Shown one piece after another: positions 49,562 through 63,540 of a DNA stretch of 64,000 nucleotides. Position numbers and translations under genes: made by a program. How positions within the stretch are numbered: position 1 is the stretch's first letter; each line of letters begins with the position of its first letter. A model generated the notes under the pieces. That model worked only from the letters and a program-made list of their open reading frames with translations. It searched no databases and was not told the origin of the DNA. This stretch comes from Stegostoma tigrinum. Lineage: Eukaryota. Location: NCBI RefSeq assembly GCF_030684315.1, contig NC_081361.1, forward strand, positions 51,753,553 to 51,817,552, in the 5' to 3' direction.

Positions 49562-50698
49562 CCGCAATTCCCACCCCCCACCCCCGCAATGGTCGAGAAT
49601 GCCCTTGACCGCGTCTCCCGCAACACATCCCTCACACACCGCCCCCAGAGGATCCCCTCGTTCTCACATACCACCCCACCAACCTCCGCATACAACGCAT
49701 CATCCTCCGACACTTCCACCATCTACAATCCGACCCCACCACCCAAGACATTTTTCCATCCCCACCCTTGTCTGCCTTCCGGAGAGACCACTCTCTCCGT
49801 GACTCCCTTGTTCGCTCCACACTGCCCTCCGACCCCACCACACCCGGCACCTTCCCCTGCAAACGCAGGAAATGCTACACTTGCCCCCACACCTCCTCCC
49901 TCACCCCTATCCCAGGCCCCAAGATGACTTTCCACATTAAGCAGAGGTTCACCTGCATATCTGCCAATGTGGTATACTGCATCCACAATGTGGTATACTG
50001 CATCCACGGTGTGGCTTCCTCTACATTGGGGAAACCAAGTGGAGGCTTGGGGACCGCTTTGCAGAACACCTCCGCTCGGTTTGCAACAAACAACTGCACC
50101 TCCCAGTCCCAAACCATTTTAACTCCCCCTCCCATCCCTCAGACTACACGTCCATCATGGGCCTCCTGCAGTGCCACAATGATGCCACCTGAAGGTTGCA
50201 AGAACAGCAACTCAGATTCCGCTTGGGAACCCTGCAGCCCAATGTTATCAATGTGGACTTCATAAGCTTCAAAAATCTCCCCTTCCCCTACTGCATCCCA
50301 AAACCAGCCCAGCTCGTCCCCTCCCCCAACTGCATCCCAAAACCAGCCCAGCCTGTTTCCGCTTCCCTAACCTGTTCTTCCTCTCACCCATCCCTTCCTC
50401 CCACCTCAAGCCGCACCTCCATTTCCTACCTACCACCTCGTCCCGCCTCGACCTGTCCGTCTTCCCTGGACTGACCTATCCCCTCCCTACCTCCTCACCT
50501 ATACTCTCCTCTCTACCTACCTGCTTTTCTCTCCATCTTCGGTCTGCCTCCCCCCCCCCCCCCCCGGAGGGGGGGGGGGGGGGTCGAGGCCCAAAATGTC
50601 AGCTTTTGTGCTCCTGAGATGCTGCTTGGCCTGCTGTGTTCATCCAGCTCCACACTTTGTTATCTTGGATTCTCCAGCATCTGCAGTTCCCATTATCA
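49562..50698 (+). mobile_element. 5'-truncated Penelope-like retroelement (GIY-YIG region), frameshifted
   Basis: ORF 49768-50265 AFRRDHSLRDSLVRS...CKRRKCYTC...NVVYCIH; 21-bp internal tandem duplication 49965-50006; TSD CTGCAGGA at 49554-49561 and 50699-50706. Confidence 0.88.
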
Positions 50699-52367
50699 CT
50701 GCAGGAGACCCATGTGCTTTGAACTCAATTATTTATTTGTTACATCCATATCAAATTCTACACTTGACCAGTTCTTTAACTGTAAGCATAGGAGCGAGAA
50801 ATAAGTCAACATGGGAACAGCTAGCCCGATGAAACAATTAGGCTCAAAGCCTTGAGTTGAGTCAACGACTCCTGAAAGTGAAGGCAAAAGACACAAATAT
50901 CCACTTCAGATCACAGGGGATACTATTTTAATAGCTCTAGTGCAACAGATACAGACTACACCACAATTATGGGCAATCAAAGAGAGTAATTCAACTAGTG
51001 TGGAGAATGCCTAGATTGCACAAGGGTATCACTGAACCCAAGATTTGTTAATAATATCATTCTTTAATAAGTGATAATTTCACCTATTTGCTTGCGCAGC
51101 TAAATTATTATTTCAAAGTGGTTTCATTTCTCAAACTACATAGAATCAAGTTCCTACAGTAAACACTGCATTGGAAGAAATAGTGTTTGTGTTTTGCCTC
51201 TAAATAACTTACAATGGTCACTTGTGCATTTTTTAAAAAACTCCGCAAATTCAAGTTTAAAATAAAACATAACATCATTTTGCTAATTGCTCTGGAATGG
51301 GTGGAGGAACTCCAGAATGCCTCACAAGAAACTTATCACTACATTACTGCTTGATTAGTAATTAGTGACATGTTACTCTGGCATTTTTGATAATATTCCT
51401 ATGAAGTGCATTAGGATGTTTCCCATATAAGTCCAAGCTGTTGGCACTGTTTATACTGACTACATCACCACTTAATCTTCACATACTAACAGCACCAACC
51501 TACTACCAATTTCCTGAAAGTGGTCTGCCACAGCAAATGAATAGTTAAAGAACATTTTTTTCTATTCTTTCTCCTGTTGAGGCACACTTTTCATAAAGAT
51601 CTCGTTTTTAATAAGAAGTTCTGTGAAACGGTATGTGACACAGCTATTGTACCAAAGAATGGCTCTAACTGATGAAAATCCAACCAGCTAACAGTGCAGC
51701 ATGGATAACAACTTTTTTTTGTTTGTTCACAGGGTGTGGGAGTTGCTGGCTGGGCCAGCATTTATTGCCCATTCCTAACTGTCCAGAGGGCAGTTAAGAG
51801 TCCAGCACTTTGCTGTGGGTCTGGACTTACACTTGGGCTAGGCCAGACCAGACCAGCTACAGATGGTAGATTTTGTTCCTTAAAAGGGCATCTAAATTAA
51901 TGATCCAAATTTTTGAAATTAACAGGGGTCATGTGGTCTCCATTTGGCCAGCCTTTGAAGTCAAATGTGAATTTGAACCCTGATCACTGAAACATTAGCC
52001 TGGCGTTTAGGATTTCTAGCCCAGTGACATTACCAATACACCACCTCCCCTAAACATCAGTTATCAACAAAACCGCATTAATGGAAACAGTGTCCTGCGC
52101 CACACAGGAGCCAAATCAGTCAAATAGGAACAAGCAATGACAAATCAATACGTATATGGAAGACAGCTGATTTTGAAGCATTAAAACATCAGCAGCTGCC
52201 TTCCTGCAACAAAGATGGTTGAGTGCTATTAGTGTCTGCTGACCAAGGACTGAAGCTGACACTGAACATGCAAGCCAATTAAACCATATTTGTAGTATTA
52301 AAGCTCTCTTTCAGACAGCGAGCACTCTGACTTCAATGGAAGTCTTGTGGCACATTCCTTTACGCAG

Positions 52368-52910
52368 TCAGAAAGTCACAGCATGGAAACAGACTCTTTG
52401 GTCCAACCAGTCCATGCTGGCCATGAGCCCAAACTAAACTTAATCCCACCTGCTTCTACTTGGTCCATATCCTTCCAAACATTTTTTATTCATGGACTTT
52501 TTGAAATGTATTTTAAACAGAAAACCCAACCCACATCCACCACTTCTTTGGGAAGTTCATTCCACACAAACCACACTTTTAAAAAAATTGCCCCTCATGT
52601 CATTTTTTTAAGATCAGTCTCCCTGGATCTTAAAAATATGCTCCCACAAGTCTTGAAATCCCCAATGGAATAGACACCTGCCATTCACCTTATCTATATC
52701 CCTCATTATTTTATAAACCTCTAAGGTCATCTCTTAATTTCCTACCCTCCTGTGCTAAGAGTCCCAGCCTAACCAGGCACTCCTTATAATTAAATCCTCC
52801 GGTCCCAATAACATCCTGGGAAATCTCATCTGAATCTTCCCTAACTTAATAATATCCTTCCTATAAATAAGGAAACTAGAACTGGATATTCTTTAGAAGA
52901 GGCCTCATTT
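52368..52910 (-). mobile_element. CR1 LINE 3' fragment
   Basis: Colinear with the CR1 3' ends at 13384 and 39920. Confidence 0.65.
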
Positions 52911-54554
52911 TCCTTCTGGGTCAGGCACTTTATGGGCATGGTCAGACGAGCAATAACGCAACTAAATTGTTCTATGTTCTATAAACTGGTTGTTACTTTG
53001 TTAATTGATGAATTATCATCCCTGAATCCTTCTGATACATGCATGACAGGTGCTAGGAGTAGGAGCACTTCCTAGTCAACCTATGTTAAAAGACTCCATG
53101 GGCAAGTTCTTTCTATGAGCAAGTGTCATCCTCAAAAGGGACTATACCACATACACACACAAACTTCAAACGTACTAAGTCTCAATAAACTAGATAGTTG
53201 TGCTACTGGCAAATACCCAGAAAAGAAGCTTTTTGGTATTGGCTTCTGCTAGGCTGTGCTCATCAGCACAGAGATATCTTAAGGCACTGCCCTATTTAAA
53301 AATGTTGGGAGTTCTCAAACACACATCACCACTTCAAAACAAATATTGAGAGAACACAGCAGTGTTAAAAATCACATATCTTACGAAAATTATGATTTAT
53401 TCACAGGATTTGTTTAGTGATCATCCATGTAAACTGATATTAAGGCTATCCTGTGCAGGAAAACATTCCGCATATCTCTTAATAATGTAGCTAAGAGCCA
53501 CAACAATGCCTTCAAAACACTTTTGGTGCATATTCCTATGTTAATTCTTCTTACGAACTTTAGCTTTATGAAGAACAATTCATGAGGGTGTTACGAAGCA
53601 TAAAGAGAAAACACCGCTTGCACAAGCACTGCAAACAGTTTCAGCCTTCAGTCAGAACTTGTCTATGTTAAAAATTCTGGCAATGTTCTTTGATATTACA
53701 AGATAGCTTATCCTATTTCATCTTCTCCCTTTTTTAGTTGACTTCTGCTAGTTTTTAAGAAGTTTCCCAATCCTGTGCTTTCCCACCAATCTTCACCTGT
53801 CTTGGACCAATTTGATTTTTCGTAACAACCATTACCACTACTTTTTTGTTCTAATGACACCCTTGATTTTGAATTTTATTTACCTTTTAACCTTTCCCTG
53901 ACATTCCCTTTGTTCCACTTGGCACTCTTCTTTCTCAATAGCATTAAATCTTCATATTTCTACCTCTTCCATTCTAACTAAATCATTTTGGACTGAAACA
54001 TGAACTGTTTCTCTCTCCACAGATGCTGCACAGCCTGATTATCCACAACACTTTATTATGAAAAGTCTCAGGTTTTTTTTCCACAGCAAGACTACCGTTT
54101 TAACGCAAAGCCATGCTCTTAGATACCCAAGATTAATGAGCATCTAACCACCCAAAATCCACAATGCAGGCAGTATATCATGGTTTAACATGACAAAAAA
54201 ACAAATCAACACTTCTACAGTTCTCAAACATTCACAATTTCTACATGGGATTTTAATCAAAAATAATATTTCAAAATAAAATTATTTCATCTCTGCAAAG
54301 ATCACTAATTCTAATAAAGATTACATTAACTACTTTTTAAAAAAAAGAAGTCTCATTAGTAATGCTTGGAGAAAATAATTTAAAATATTTCTGGAAATCA
54401 GCCAGAAGTCATGACTCATAGTGGTACCAAATGACAAGTAGGAAGAGGGATGAATCCTGAAGGCAGGTTTCAGGGATTCCAGAAGGAAATTAAAAAGCAG
54501 GACTTCAACAGAACCAGTCACATGCTAGTCAGCATAAGAACAGGAGGATTGATT

Positions 54555-55008
54555 AAGATTGTAAGGTATAGGAGCAGAATTAGGCTATTTGGCCCATTGT
54601 GTCTGCTCCACAATTCAATCACGGCTGTTGTGTTACTCCCTTCTCCTCTCAACACTTGATCCCATCTATCTCTGTCTTAAGTACACACAATGGCTTGGCC
54701 TCCACAGCACACTCTGACATTGAGTTCCATATATTCACCACTCTCTGGCTGAAGAAATTCCTTCTCACCCTAGTTCTAAAGAGTCAATTCCTTCATTCAG
54801 AGGTTATGCCCTCGGTTTCCAGTTTCTCCTACTAATGGAGGATCTTCTCCAAACATACTCCATCCAGGCTACTCAGTGTTCCATAAGTTTCAATGACAAT
54901 CGCCCCTTATCCTTCTTAACTCCAATGAGTACAGACCCAGAGTCCCCACTTGAAAAGTCCTTCAATCCCAGCATCATTCTTGTAAACCTCCTCTGGACCC
55001 CTGCAATG
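54555..55008 (-). mobile_element. CR1 LINE 3' fragment
   Basis: Minus strand LQGSRGGLQE/FFSQRVVNIWNS-type CR1 C-terminal sequence and 3'UTR. Confidence 0.6.
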
Positions 55009-55177
55009 CGTTAGCGGTTGGAGAACAGATGTCGGGAGGCACGGAATTAGATTTTGAGGAATTGGGTCAAGTTTTGGGGATGTTGGGATCTGTAAAAGCT
55101 GAATGGGACACCAGAAGGGCCTCTTGTGGTGCAGTGGCAGTGTCCTATCTCTGAGTCAGAAGACCAGAGTAAGTTAG

Positions 55178-58100
55178 TTTGTGGACAACACCAAAATTGG
55201 TGGCATAGTAGATGAAGAAGGTACTCTAAGATTACAGAGGGATCTAGAACAAATGGGTCAATGGGCTGAAAATGGCAGATGGAGTTCAATCTGGGATAAA
55301 TGCGAAGTACAGCACTTTGGCACAACAGACAAGGATAGGGCTTATACAATTAACGACAGGGCCTGGGGTAGTGTTGTAGAATAGAGAGACTTGGGGTGCA
55401 GATACATAATTCTTTGAAGTTTGCGTCAAATATGGACACGGTGGTTAAAAAGGCATTTGGCACACTTGCTTTCTCAAAAAAGGACTGAGCAATGGCGTTG
55501 GGAAGTCGTGTTGAGGTTGTACAGGATATTGTGAGGCCGCCTCTTCCAGTTCTGGTCACCCAGTTATAGAAAAGCTGTTACAAAGCTGGAGAGTGCTCAG
55601 AAGAGATCTAATAGGATATTGCCATGTATGGAAGAGGTGAATTATAAACAAAGCCTGAATAGCCGGGACTTTTTAATCAATGGAGCATCAGAGGTTGACA
55701 GGCAACCTGATAGAAGCTTATACAATGAGAGGTATAGAAAAAAAAAGTTAATGGCAGTTGCCCTTTCCCTAGGATGGAGGGATTTCAAGACTAGGGAGCA
55801 CATTTTCAAGGGGAGGGGAGAGAAATTTGAAAAAGGCAAAAAGAGGCTTTTTTTAAAAAAAGTAAACGGAGGGTGGTTCGTGTGTGGAATGAACTTCCTA
55901 AAAGTGGAGGATGCAGATACATAGAACATAGAACAGTACAGCACAGAACAGGCCCTTCAACCCACAATGTTGTGCCGACCATTGATCCTCATGTATGCAC
56001 CCTCAAATTTCTGTGACCATATACATGTCCAGCAGTCTCTTAAATGACCCCAATGACCTTGCTTCCACAACTGCTGCTGGCAACGCATTCCATGCTCTCA
56101 CAACTCTCTGCGTAAAGAACCTGCCTCTGACATCCCCTCTATACTTTCCACCAACCAGCTTAAAACTATGACCCCTCGTGCTAGCCATTTCTGCCCTGGA
56201 AATAGTCTCTGGCTATCAACTCTATCTATGCCTCTCATTATCTTGTATACCTCAATTAGGTCCCCTCTCCTCCTCCTTTTCTCCAATGAAAAGAGACCGA
56301 GCTCAGTCAACCTCTCTTCATAAGATAAGCCCTCCAGTCCAGGCAGCATCCTGGTAAACCTCTTCTGAACCCTCTCCAAAGCATCCACATCTTTCCTATA
56401 ATAGGGCGCCCAGAACTGGACACAGTATTCCAAGTGCGGTCTAACCAAAGTTTTAGAGATGCAACAAGATCTCACGACTCTTAAACTCAATCCCCCTGTT
56501 AATGAAAGCCAAAACACCATATGCTTTCTTAACAACACTGTCCACTTGGGTGGCCATTTTAAGGGATCTATGTATCTGCACACCAAGATCCCTCTGTTCC
56601 TCCACACTGCCAAGAATCCTATCCTTAATCCTGTACTCAGCTTTCAAATTCGACCTTCCAAAATGCATCACCTCGCATTTATCCAGGTTGAACTCCATCT
56701 GCCACCTCTCAGCCCATCTCTGCATCCTGTCAATGTCCCGCTGCAGCCTACAACAGCCCTCTACACTGTCAACGACACCTCCGACCTTTGTGTCGTCTGC
56801 AAACTTGCTGACCCATCCTTCAATTCCCTCGTCCAAGTCATTAATAAAAATTACAAACAGTAGAGGCCCAAGGACAGAGCCCTGTGGAACTCCACTCACC
56901 ACTGACTTCCAGGCAGAATATTTTCCTTCTACTACCACTCGCTGTCTTCTGTTGGCCAGCCAATTCTGTATCCAAGCAGCTAAGTTCCCCTGTATCCCAT
57001 TCCTCATGACCTTCTGAATGAGCCTACCATGGGGAACCTTATCAAATGCCTTACTGAAGTCCATATACACCACATCCACAGCTCGACCCTCATCAACTTT
57101 TCTAGTCACATCCTCAAAAAACTCGATAAGGTTTGTAAGGCATGACCTACCCCTCACAAAGCCGTGTTGACTGTATTTGATCAAGCCATGCTCTTCCAGA
57201 TGGTCATAAATCTTATCCCTCAGAATCCTTTCTAACACCTTGCAGACGACAGACGTGAGACTTACCGGTCTATAATTGCCGGGGATTTCCCTATTTCCTT
57301 TCTTGAAGAGAGGAATTACATTTGCCTCTCTCCAGTCCTCAGGTACGACTCCAGTGGAGAGCGAGGATGCAAAGATCTTCGCAAGTGGCGAAGCAATTGC
57401 ATTTCTCGCTTCCCAAAGCAGCCGAGGACAAATCTGATCTGGGCCTGGCGACTTGTCAATCTTAATGTTTGACAAAATTTTCAGCACATCAGCTTCGTCT
57501 ATCTCTATCCATTCCAGCATGCACACCTGCTCTTCAAAGGTTTCATTCACTACAAAGTTCGTTTCTTTCGTAAAGACAGAAGCAAAAAACTCATTTAGGG
57601 CTTCCCCTACCTCCTCAGGCTCCACACACAAGTTCCCTATGCCATCCCTGATCGGCCCTACTCTTTCTTTGACCATTCTCTTATTCCTCACGTAAGTGTA
57701 AAATGCCTTTGTGTTTTCCCGGATTCCTTCTGCCAAGCCTTTCTCGTGCCCCCTCCTGGCTCTCCTCAGACCATTTTTGAGCTCCTTCCTTGCCTGCATG
57801 TAATCCTCTCTAGCTGAACTTGACCCTAGCTTCCTCCACCTTATGTAAGCTACCTTCTTCCTTTTCACTAGAAGCTCCACCGCTCTCGTCATCCAAGGTT
57901 CCTTAATCTTACCCCTTCTTGCCCGTCTCAGAGGGACATATTTACTCATCACTCCCAACAACTGTTCCTTAAACCGTCTCCACATGTCTATAGTTCCCTT
58001 ACCATGGAACAACTGCTCCCAGTCCATGCTTCCTAACTCATGTCTAATCGCATCATAGTTTCCTCTTCCCCAATTAAATATCCTCCCATTCTGCCTAATC

Positions 58101-58720
58101 CTCTCCTTCTCCATAGCTATGTAGAATGTGAGGCAGTTACGGTCACTATCACCAAAATGCTCTCCCACCACAAGATCTGATACCTGCCCTGGCTCGTTTC
58201 CGAGCACCAAGTCTAGAATGGCCTCTCCCCTCGTCGGCCTGTCAACGTACTGCGTTAGGAAACCCTCCTGAACACACCTTACAAAAACAGCTCCATTCAA
58301 ATCTTCTGCTCGAAGGAGGTTCCAATCAATATTAGGAAAGTTAAAGTCACCCATTACAACAACCCTACTGCGTGCACACTTTTCCAAAATCTGTCGACCT
58401 ATGCTTTCTTCAATCTCCCTGCTGCTATTGGGGGGCCTGTAGTAAACCCCTAACGAGGTGACTACTCCCTTGCTGTTCCTAATTTCCACCCATACTGACT
58501 CAGTAGGCAGATCTTCCTCGACAAAGGAAGCTTCTGTAGCTGTGATACCCTCTCTGATTAGTAGTACAATTACAACTTTCAAAAGACATTTGATTAAGTA
58601 CACAAATAGGAAAGGTTTCAAGGGAAATGGGACAGGAGCAGGCAGTTGGGACTAGTTTAGTTTGGAATTATGTCTGGCGTGGACTGATTGGACTCAAGGA
58701 TCTGTGTCTGTGCTGACTCT
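55178..58720 (+). mobile_element. Older CR1 fragment (55178-55920 and 58566-58720) interrupted by a young CR1
   Basis: DNTKIGGIVDEEGTLRLQRDLEQMGQWAE; sequence resumes after 58565 (GATGCAGATAC...AATTACAACTTTCAAAAGACATTTG). Confidence 0.75.
55920..58565 (-). mobile_element. Young 5'-truncated CR1 LINE (partial APE endonuclease and RT) with (TTCTATG)n tail
   Basis: ~700 open codons: GVYYRPPN, VMGDFNFP, GVPQGSVLGPLLF, SKFADDTK; 1-nt deletions near 56456 and 56197; SDH motif reads SDR. Confidence 0.95.
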
Positions 58721-59216
58721 AGAAGCGTGTGTAATCACATCTGAGCAGGTGGGCTAGAAAATAAAGACACCTCAAATGGGGCTGGGATACCCTTACAGGG
58801 ATATTTGTTAGCGCTGGAGTGTTTTTAAACTAGCTTGTCAGGGAATGTGATAAGAAGGAACACAAATTGGAAGGAAGTAAAGCTGGTAACAGGAAGTCGA
58901 AGAGATGCTAGAGAGATTAGCAAACCAGTGAAACACAGTGTGCTTCGGGTATGTTTCAAAAGTAGAATGATATAAGGCGGCCAAAGTTAAGAGCACTCTA
59001 CCTGATTGCATTCTTATCAAGGTAGACGGTCTAAAGGCAGTAATGGATATGAGTTACGTATTTGCAATGAAATCAAGACTAGGACCAGCAACTGAACATT
59101 CAATGATATTCAAAATTTGGGAAGGACATATGAGAGAAAATGAGGTAGAGCTACACTGTTAACGCTTATGATTAGTACAGTCCTAAAGGAGGATCTCAAA
59201 TCAGAAGAACAATGCA

Positions 59217-59757
59217 CAGAGACCAAGCGGAGGCTCAGAGGCCGCTTTGAGTGTCTACACTCGGCTCGCGACAAACACCAACACCTCCTAGTCGCGAACC
59301 ACTTCAACTCCCCTTCCCACTCCCTGGATGACATGTCTATCCTGGGCCTCCTCCGGAGTCACAAATGATGCCACCAGGAAACAGGAGGAACAACACCTCA
59401 TATTCTGCCTTGGAACCCGACAACCCCAATGGCATCAATGTGGACTTTCCTTGCTTCAAAATCTCCCCGCCCCCAACCTCATCCCAAGACCAGTGCCCCC
59501 TCTCTCATTTTTGCCTCCTTGACCTGTCCGTCTTCTCTCCCACCTATCTGTTCCTCCCACCTCACCGCCTACCTACATACCATCGCTAGTTTCAGCCTCA
59601 CCTCCTTGACCTGTCTTCTCTCCCACCTATCTGCTCCACTATCACTGACCACCCCCCCGGCCATTTATTTCAGAGCCCCCTTCCCCATATCTGAAGGGTC
59701 CCGACCTGAAATGTCAGCTTTCCTACTCTGTTGCTGCAGCTCCATACCTTGTTATCT
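59217..59757 (+). mobile_element. Penelope-like 3' fragment (GIY-YIG C-terminus and terminus)
   Basis: ETKRRLRGRFECLHSARDKHQHLLVANHFNSPSHSLDDMSILGLL. Confidence 0.8.
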
Positions 59758-59759
59758 AA

Positions 59760-61152
59760 TGTATGGAATTTGTTTGGGTGGAGCTAAGCAGCATCAAGAG
59801 GCAGACATTAGACCACAGAACAGTCATAGTTGTGTGCAGCATTGCATTAATCAGGAGTTGAGGGAAACATTATCATAGTAGACTGAGTAAACCATTTGAG
59901 CAAATAAATCTGTGGAGGACTGGTTAAAGAGTGCATTAGGGCTGGCTAGTGCCATATGTTGCGAAGCCAACGAGATGACACATTCTATTACATTTAGTAT
60001 TGTGAAATGAAAAGGGCTAATTAACAACCTTATTGCAAAACAGCCTTAAGAGGGGAGTGGCAACATAACAGAATTTACATTATGGTTGAAAGTGAGGTAA
60101 TTCAATTGGAATAGGGGTGTTACAGTTGAATAAGGGAAATTATAAACACAATGTACAAATTAGCCCAGGCAGATTGGGAGAACATATTTAAAAGGGAGGA
60201 CAGTAACAAAAAAGGTAGCTGCCATTATTCTAGAGAACCACACAGCTGCTCTCTCATTAGAATGAGGTCATTCTTGATCATTTAACCAGAGGTTCACCAC
60301 ATGTCAGGCATTGGGATAGTCTGAGGAGTGGACTTCATGGTAACCTCAGCCAGTGATGGAAATGAACCATACTGCTAATATCTCACTGCATTGCAAGCCA
60401 CCCAAATGAGCTAATGAAGGAAAATAAGGTTATACACTTTGCCAGGAGAAACAGATATGCAGACTATTTCTTATATGGTAAGAGGTTGAAAAATGCAGAT
60501 GTACAAATGGGCTTGGGTGTCTTGTCAATAATTCATTGAAGGCTAACATGCAGCTGTAAGTCACTTGGAAGGCTAATGGAGGTCAGCCTCTATTGCAAGA
60601 GGATTCGAATATGGGAGTTGTAAAGTCTTGCCTCAGTGTTACAAGCTCAAGCAGGCAGCATCAAGAATACCAGGTGCAGCTTTGGTCTCATCACATTAAA
60701 GGTATTATTGCCACAGAAGGAGTTCAATAAAGATTCACCAGACTTGCTTCTACAATAGCAGAATTGTCCTTTACAGTTTTGAAGAATGAGAGGTCCCATT
60801 AAAACATACAAAATGCTTAAAGGGAATATACAAGGTAGATGTAGTCACAATGCTTCAGTTGATTGGAGAATCTAGAACAAGCAGGCACAATTTTAAAGTA
60901 AGTGGGATGCCACTTAGGAAAATCTCTTTTACCGAGACAATTGATTCTTGGGAATTCTCCACCACAGAGGGCTACTGAAGTTCAGCCTTTAAAAATGCTT
61001 ACAACAGCCACTGCTAGATTTCTCATTACCAATGGAGCACAGGTTTGTGGGAATGGCGTAGGGGTAAAGACAGTGAAGTAAATCGATCAGTCATGCTGGT
61101 GCGAAGGCTAGGGCAAGTTCAACTGGCCGAATGATCTACTCCTGTTTCTATG
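59760..61152 (+). mobile_element. Degraded CR1-type LINE (likely continuing from ~58860)
   Basis: Decayed APE and ORF2 C-terminal sequence; 3'UTR ending CTACTCCTGTTTCTATG. Confidence 0.5.
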
Positions 61153-63448
61153 TCAAACGTCGCATTGCAAGGAAAAGAATCAAAGTCAATATTCTTCAAT
61201 GAATCTCCCAAGTCCAAAGAGAATGTGTTTCAGGACAACCTTTAGACTACCCGAACTTGGGATTCACAGACTTGGGTGATGTAAAATTACAAACAAAAAA
61301 ATTATATTAATGTTGTAGGAAAAAAAAGGCTGACAGGAGTTGTTGTATAAGGTCTAAAGGTTCTGGAAGGGTTAACAATGACCGGTGCCTTAAGCAACAC
61401 CCACTTGGAAGAAGTCAGAAATTTGGAACAGCTCAGAATCTCAAAAGGAGTAACAGGTACCCCAGACCAGAAACGTCAGCTTTCCTGCTCCTCGGCCTGC
61501 TGTGTTCATCCAGTTCTACACCTTGTTATGACAGTTATCATATGGGTCTCTTTCACAGTCTCGAGAATAATGTCCTTCACATTATGGAACTTGCACATTA
61601 TCATCATGCAATAAACTATATCTTGTTTTAAAAAAAGCCTCTTCTCATTAAACTACAAATGGTTTGCCTCCATCAAACAGACCCTATAAATCCTTACCAG
61701 GTAAGAGTATAGTGGCAGCAAATCTATGAAACAGTATACTCATCATGACAGGCAGTGGTCGGCATTCATCTTCAAATTCATCTGTCTTCCACAACACAAA
61801 GAGAGAACCAAGGCACCAGAGGAGGAGAGTTTTAGTTGCCCAAGCTTTATACATGTTTGATAGTATGTTTTTCAAGGTAAAGGTTAGCAAAAAGGCACAT
61901 TCTTAGCTTCTTGTTGTTATTGAAGTTCTTTCTATTGCTGGCAACTACAAAATCTTTCCTGGCTTTAAGAAATGAGTTTACGTTGAGCTCAGTTATCTTT
62001 GCTGGAAGTTCAGATCAACAAAATGATGGTCAAGGCTAATGCCATGTGCCTTGTAAGTGGAATCACTGACTTTCCTCAACCATCCTTAGACACCCCGTCA
62101 AAGGTCATTTGTATTTTACCTAAAACATCAGTTTTATTAAAATGAGCATTTCAAAAATGGGAAATAAGATAATTTTCCCATGATAGACACACAAATCTAC
62201 CTAGCAGTGTGCATATGATACTTTTGATTCTGAGCATTTAAGCTGTCTCATTACACTGCTATAAAGGGAATGAGGGCATATCTTTTTCATTATAAATTTT
62301 CAGAATGCAGTCTATTTAAAGTAATAAACAAACAGCAATCCAAATATATAGAACTTAGATACGATTAATCCCTTCTTCAGATTACTTGCAAGTCGTAGAA
62401 AGGTCCAAACAACATAACAGACATTTTATCCATCTAAACACTATACTGGTTCTCAAAACCAAACACTAAGTTTTGCAAACTTAATTCAGTGACACATGTC
62501 ATAGGCACAAGTAAAACAGTAATCAATTTGGTTGGTATAAATAGGTTTTCAGAAAATCATCTACATGGATTTGAAAGTCCCTCCCAAAATACTGAAGATA
62601 AATGAAACCAAAGATATGTTACAGTCTATGAAATTCTAATATCATAACTAAAAAAGTTCTTCCACCCTTACAAAAAACCTACCAACATTCAGCAAGTTCA
62701 CTGCATGATGTAAAATTGTATCCAACAAATGACTGTAGTTACTGAGAAAGAAATAGATAATGTACATCTGTGGTGGACAAAGCTTAACTAAATGTTTTAA
62801 ATTACAGGATAGAAGATCTGCAGTAAGATTATTCCACAAATTGACATTTTCTACCTGAATGCTACAATGAAAAGATAGCTTGGAAGTAGTAAAATTGATG
62901 TACTAATGTGGAACAACTTCCTTCTCAAACAAACACACTATGAAAGGTTATAAATAATAATCTTCCTACTAATAAGTTTTTAGATGTTTAGTTTTCCATT
63001 TCACTTAGGTTTCCTCAATGCTTCTTGTGCTTACATTTTTCCACCAATCTTCTGCTGGTTTTAAAACATTGCCAAGTTATATGATCCTCATTGTTTTATT
63101 TGATAACTGCAATATATTCATCACATCACTGTAAAAGAAAACACGCTGTGAATGATAAAATAGTGGTGGTGAAGTTATTAAAATTAACAGCAAAACTCAG
63201 AGACCAAACACTAAACATGTTTAATACAATGGTACGTGAAAACAAAGCATTTGCTTTGACAAGCAAAACAATGCCATGTCAAGATGTCAACGCTCAATCC
63301 ATTACTAACACTGCTTATTCCATTCCGTTTGTACAATGTATTCATTTCATGACACTCTTATGCAGCTTTCAAACACAATGCTACAAAAGGAGGTAAACCA
63401 ACTAATTAGGCAGCTCCTGCATTTACAATCGAAATCTGAACCAACAAA

Positions 63449-63540
63449 GGCTCTTCTGGCACAGTGGTAGAGTCCTACTCCTGTGTCATAGGTTCAAGCT
63501 CTACCTGTCCAGGAGATGTGTCATACATCAGATTAGAAAA
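63449..63540 (+). mobile_element. Short tRNA-headed SINE fragment
   Basis: TGGCACAGTGGT A box and GGTTCAAGCTC B-box-like motif; related to the 2285 and 55118 copies. Confidence 0.5.

Noticed and set aside
1178-50832. Recurrent short ORFs with EGSRPE(M/T)SAFVLLRCCLACCVHPA, looking like a small-protein family
   Set aside because: These are translations of the repeated non-coding Penelope terminus; starts and stops differ between copies
56453-58621. 722-aa ORF as an intact active LINE ORF2 or a host gene
   Set aside because: The first ~19 codons come from the flanking older CR1; 5'-truncated, frameshifted near 56456, catalytic His replaced
61697-61712. ATACTCTTACCTGG on - resembling the U1 snRNA 5' end
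   Set aside because: Two extra bases and no further U1 similarity
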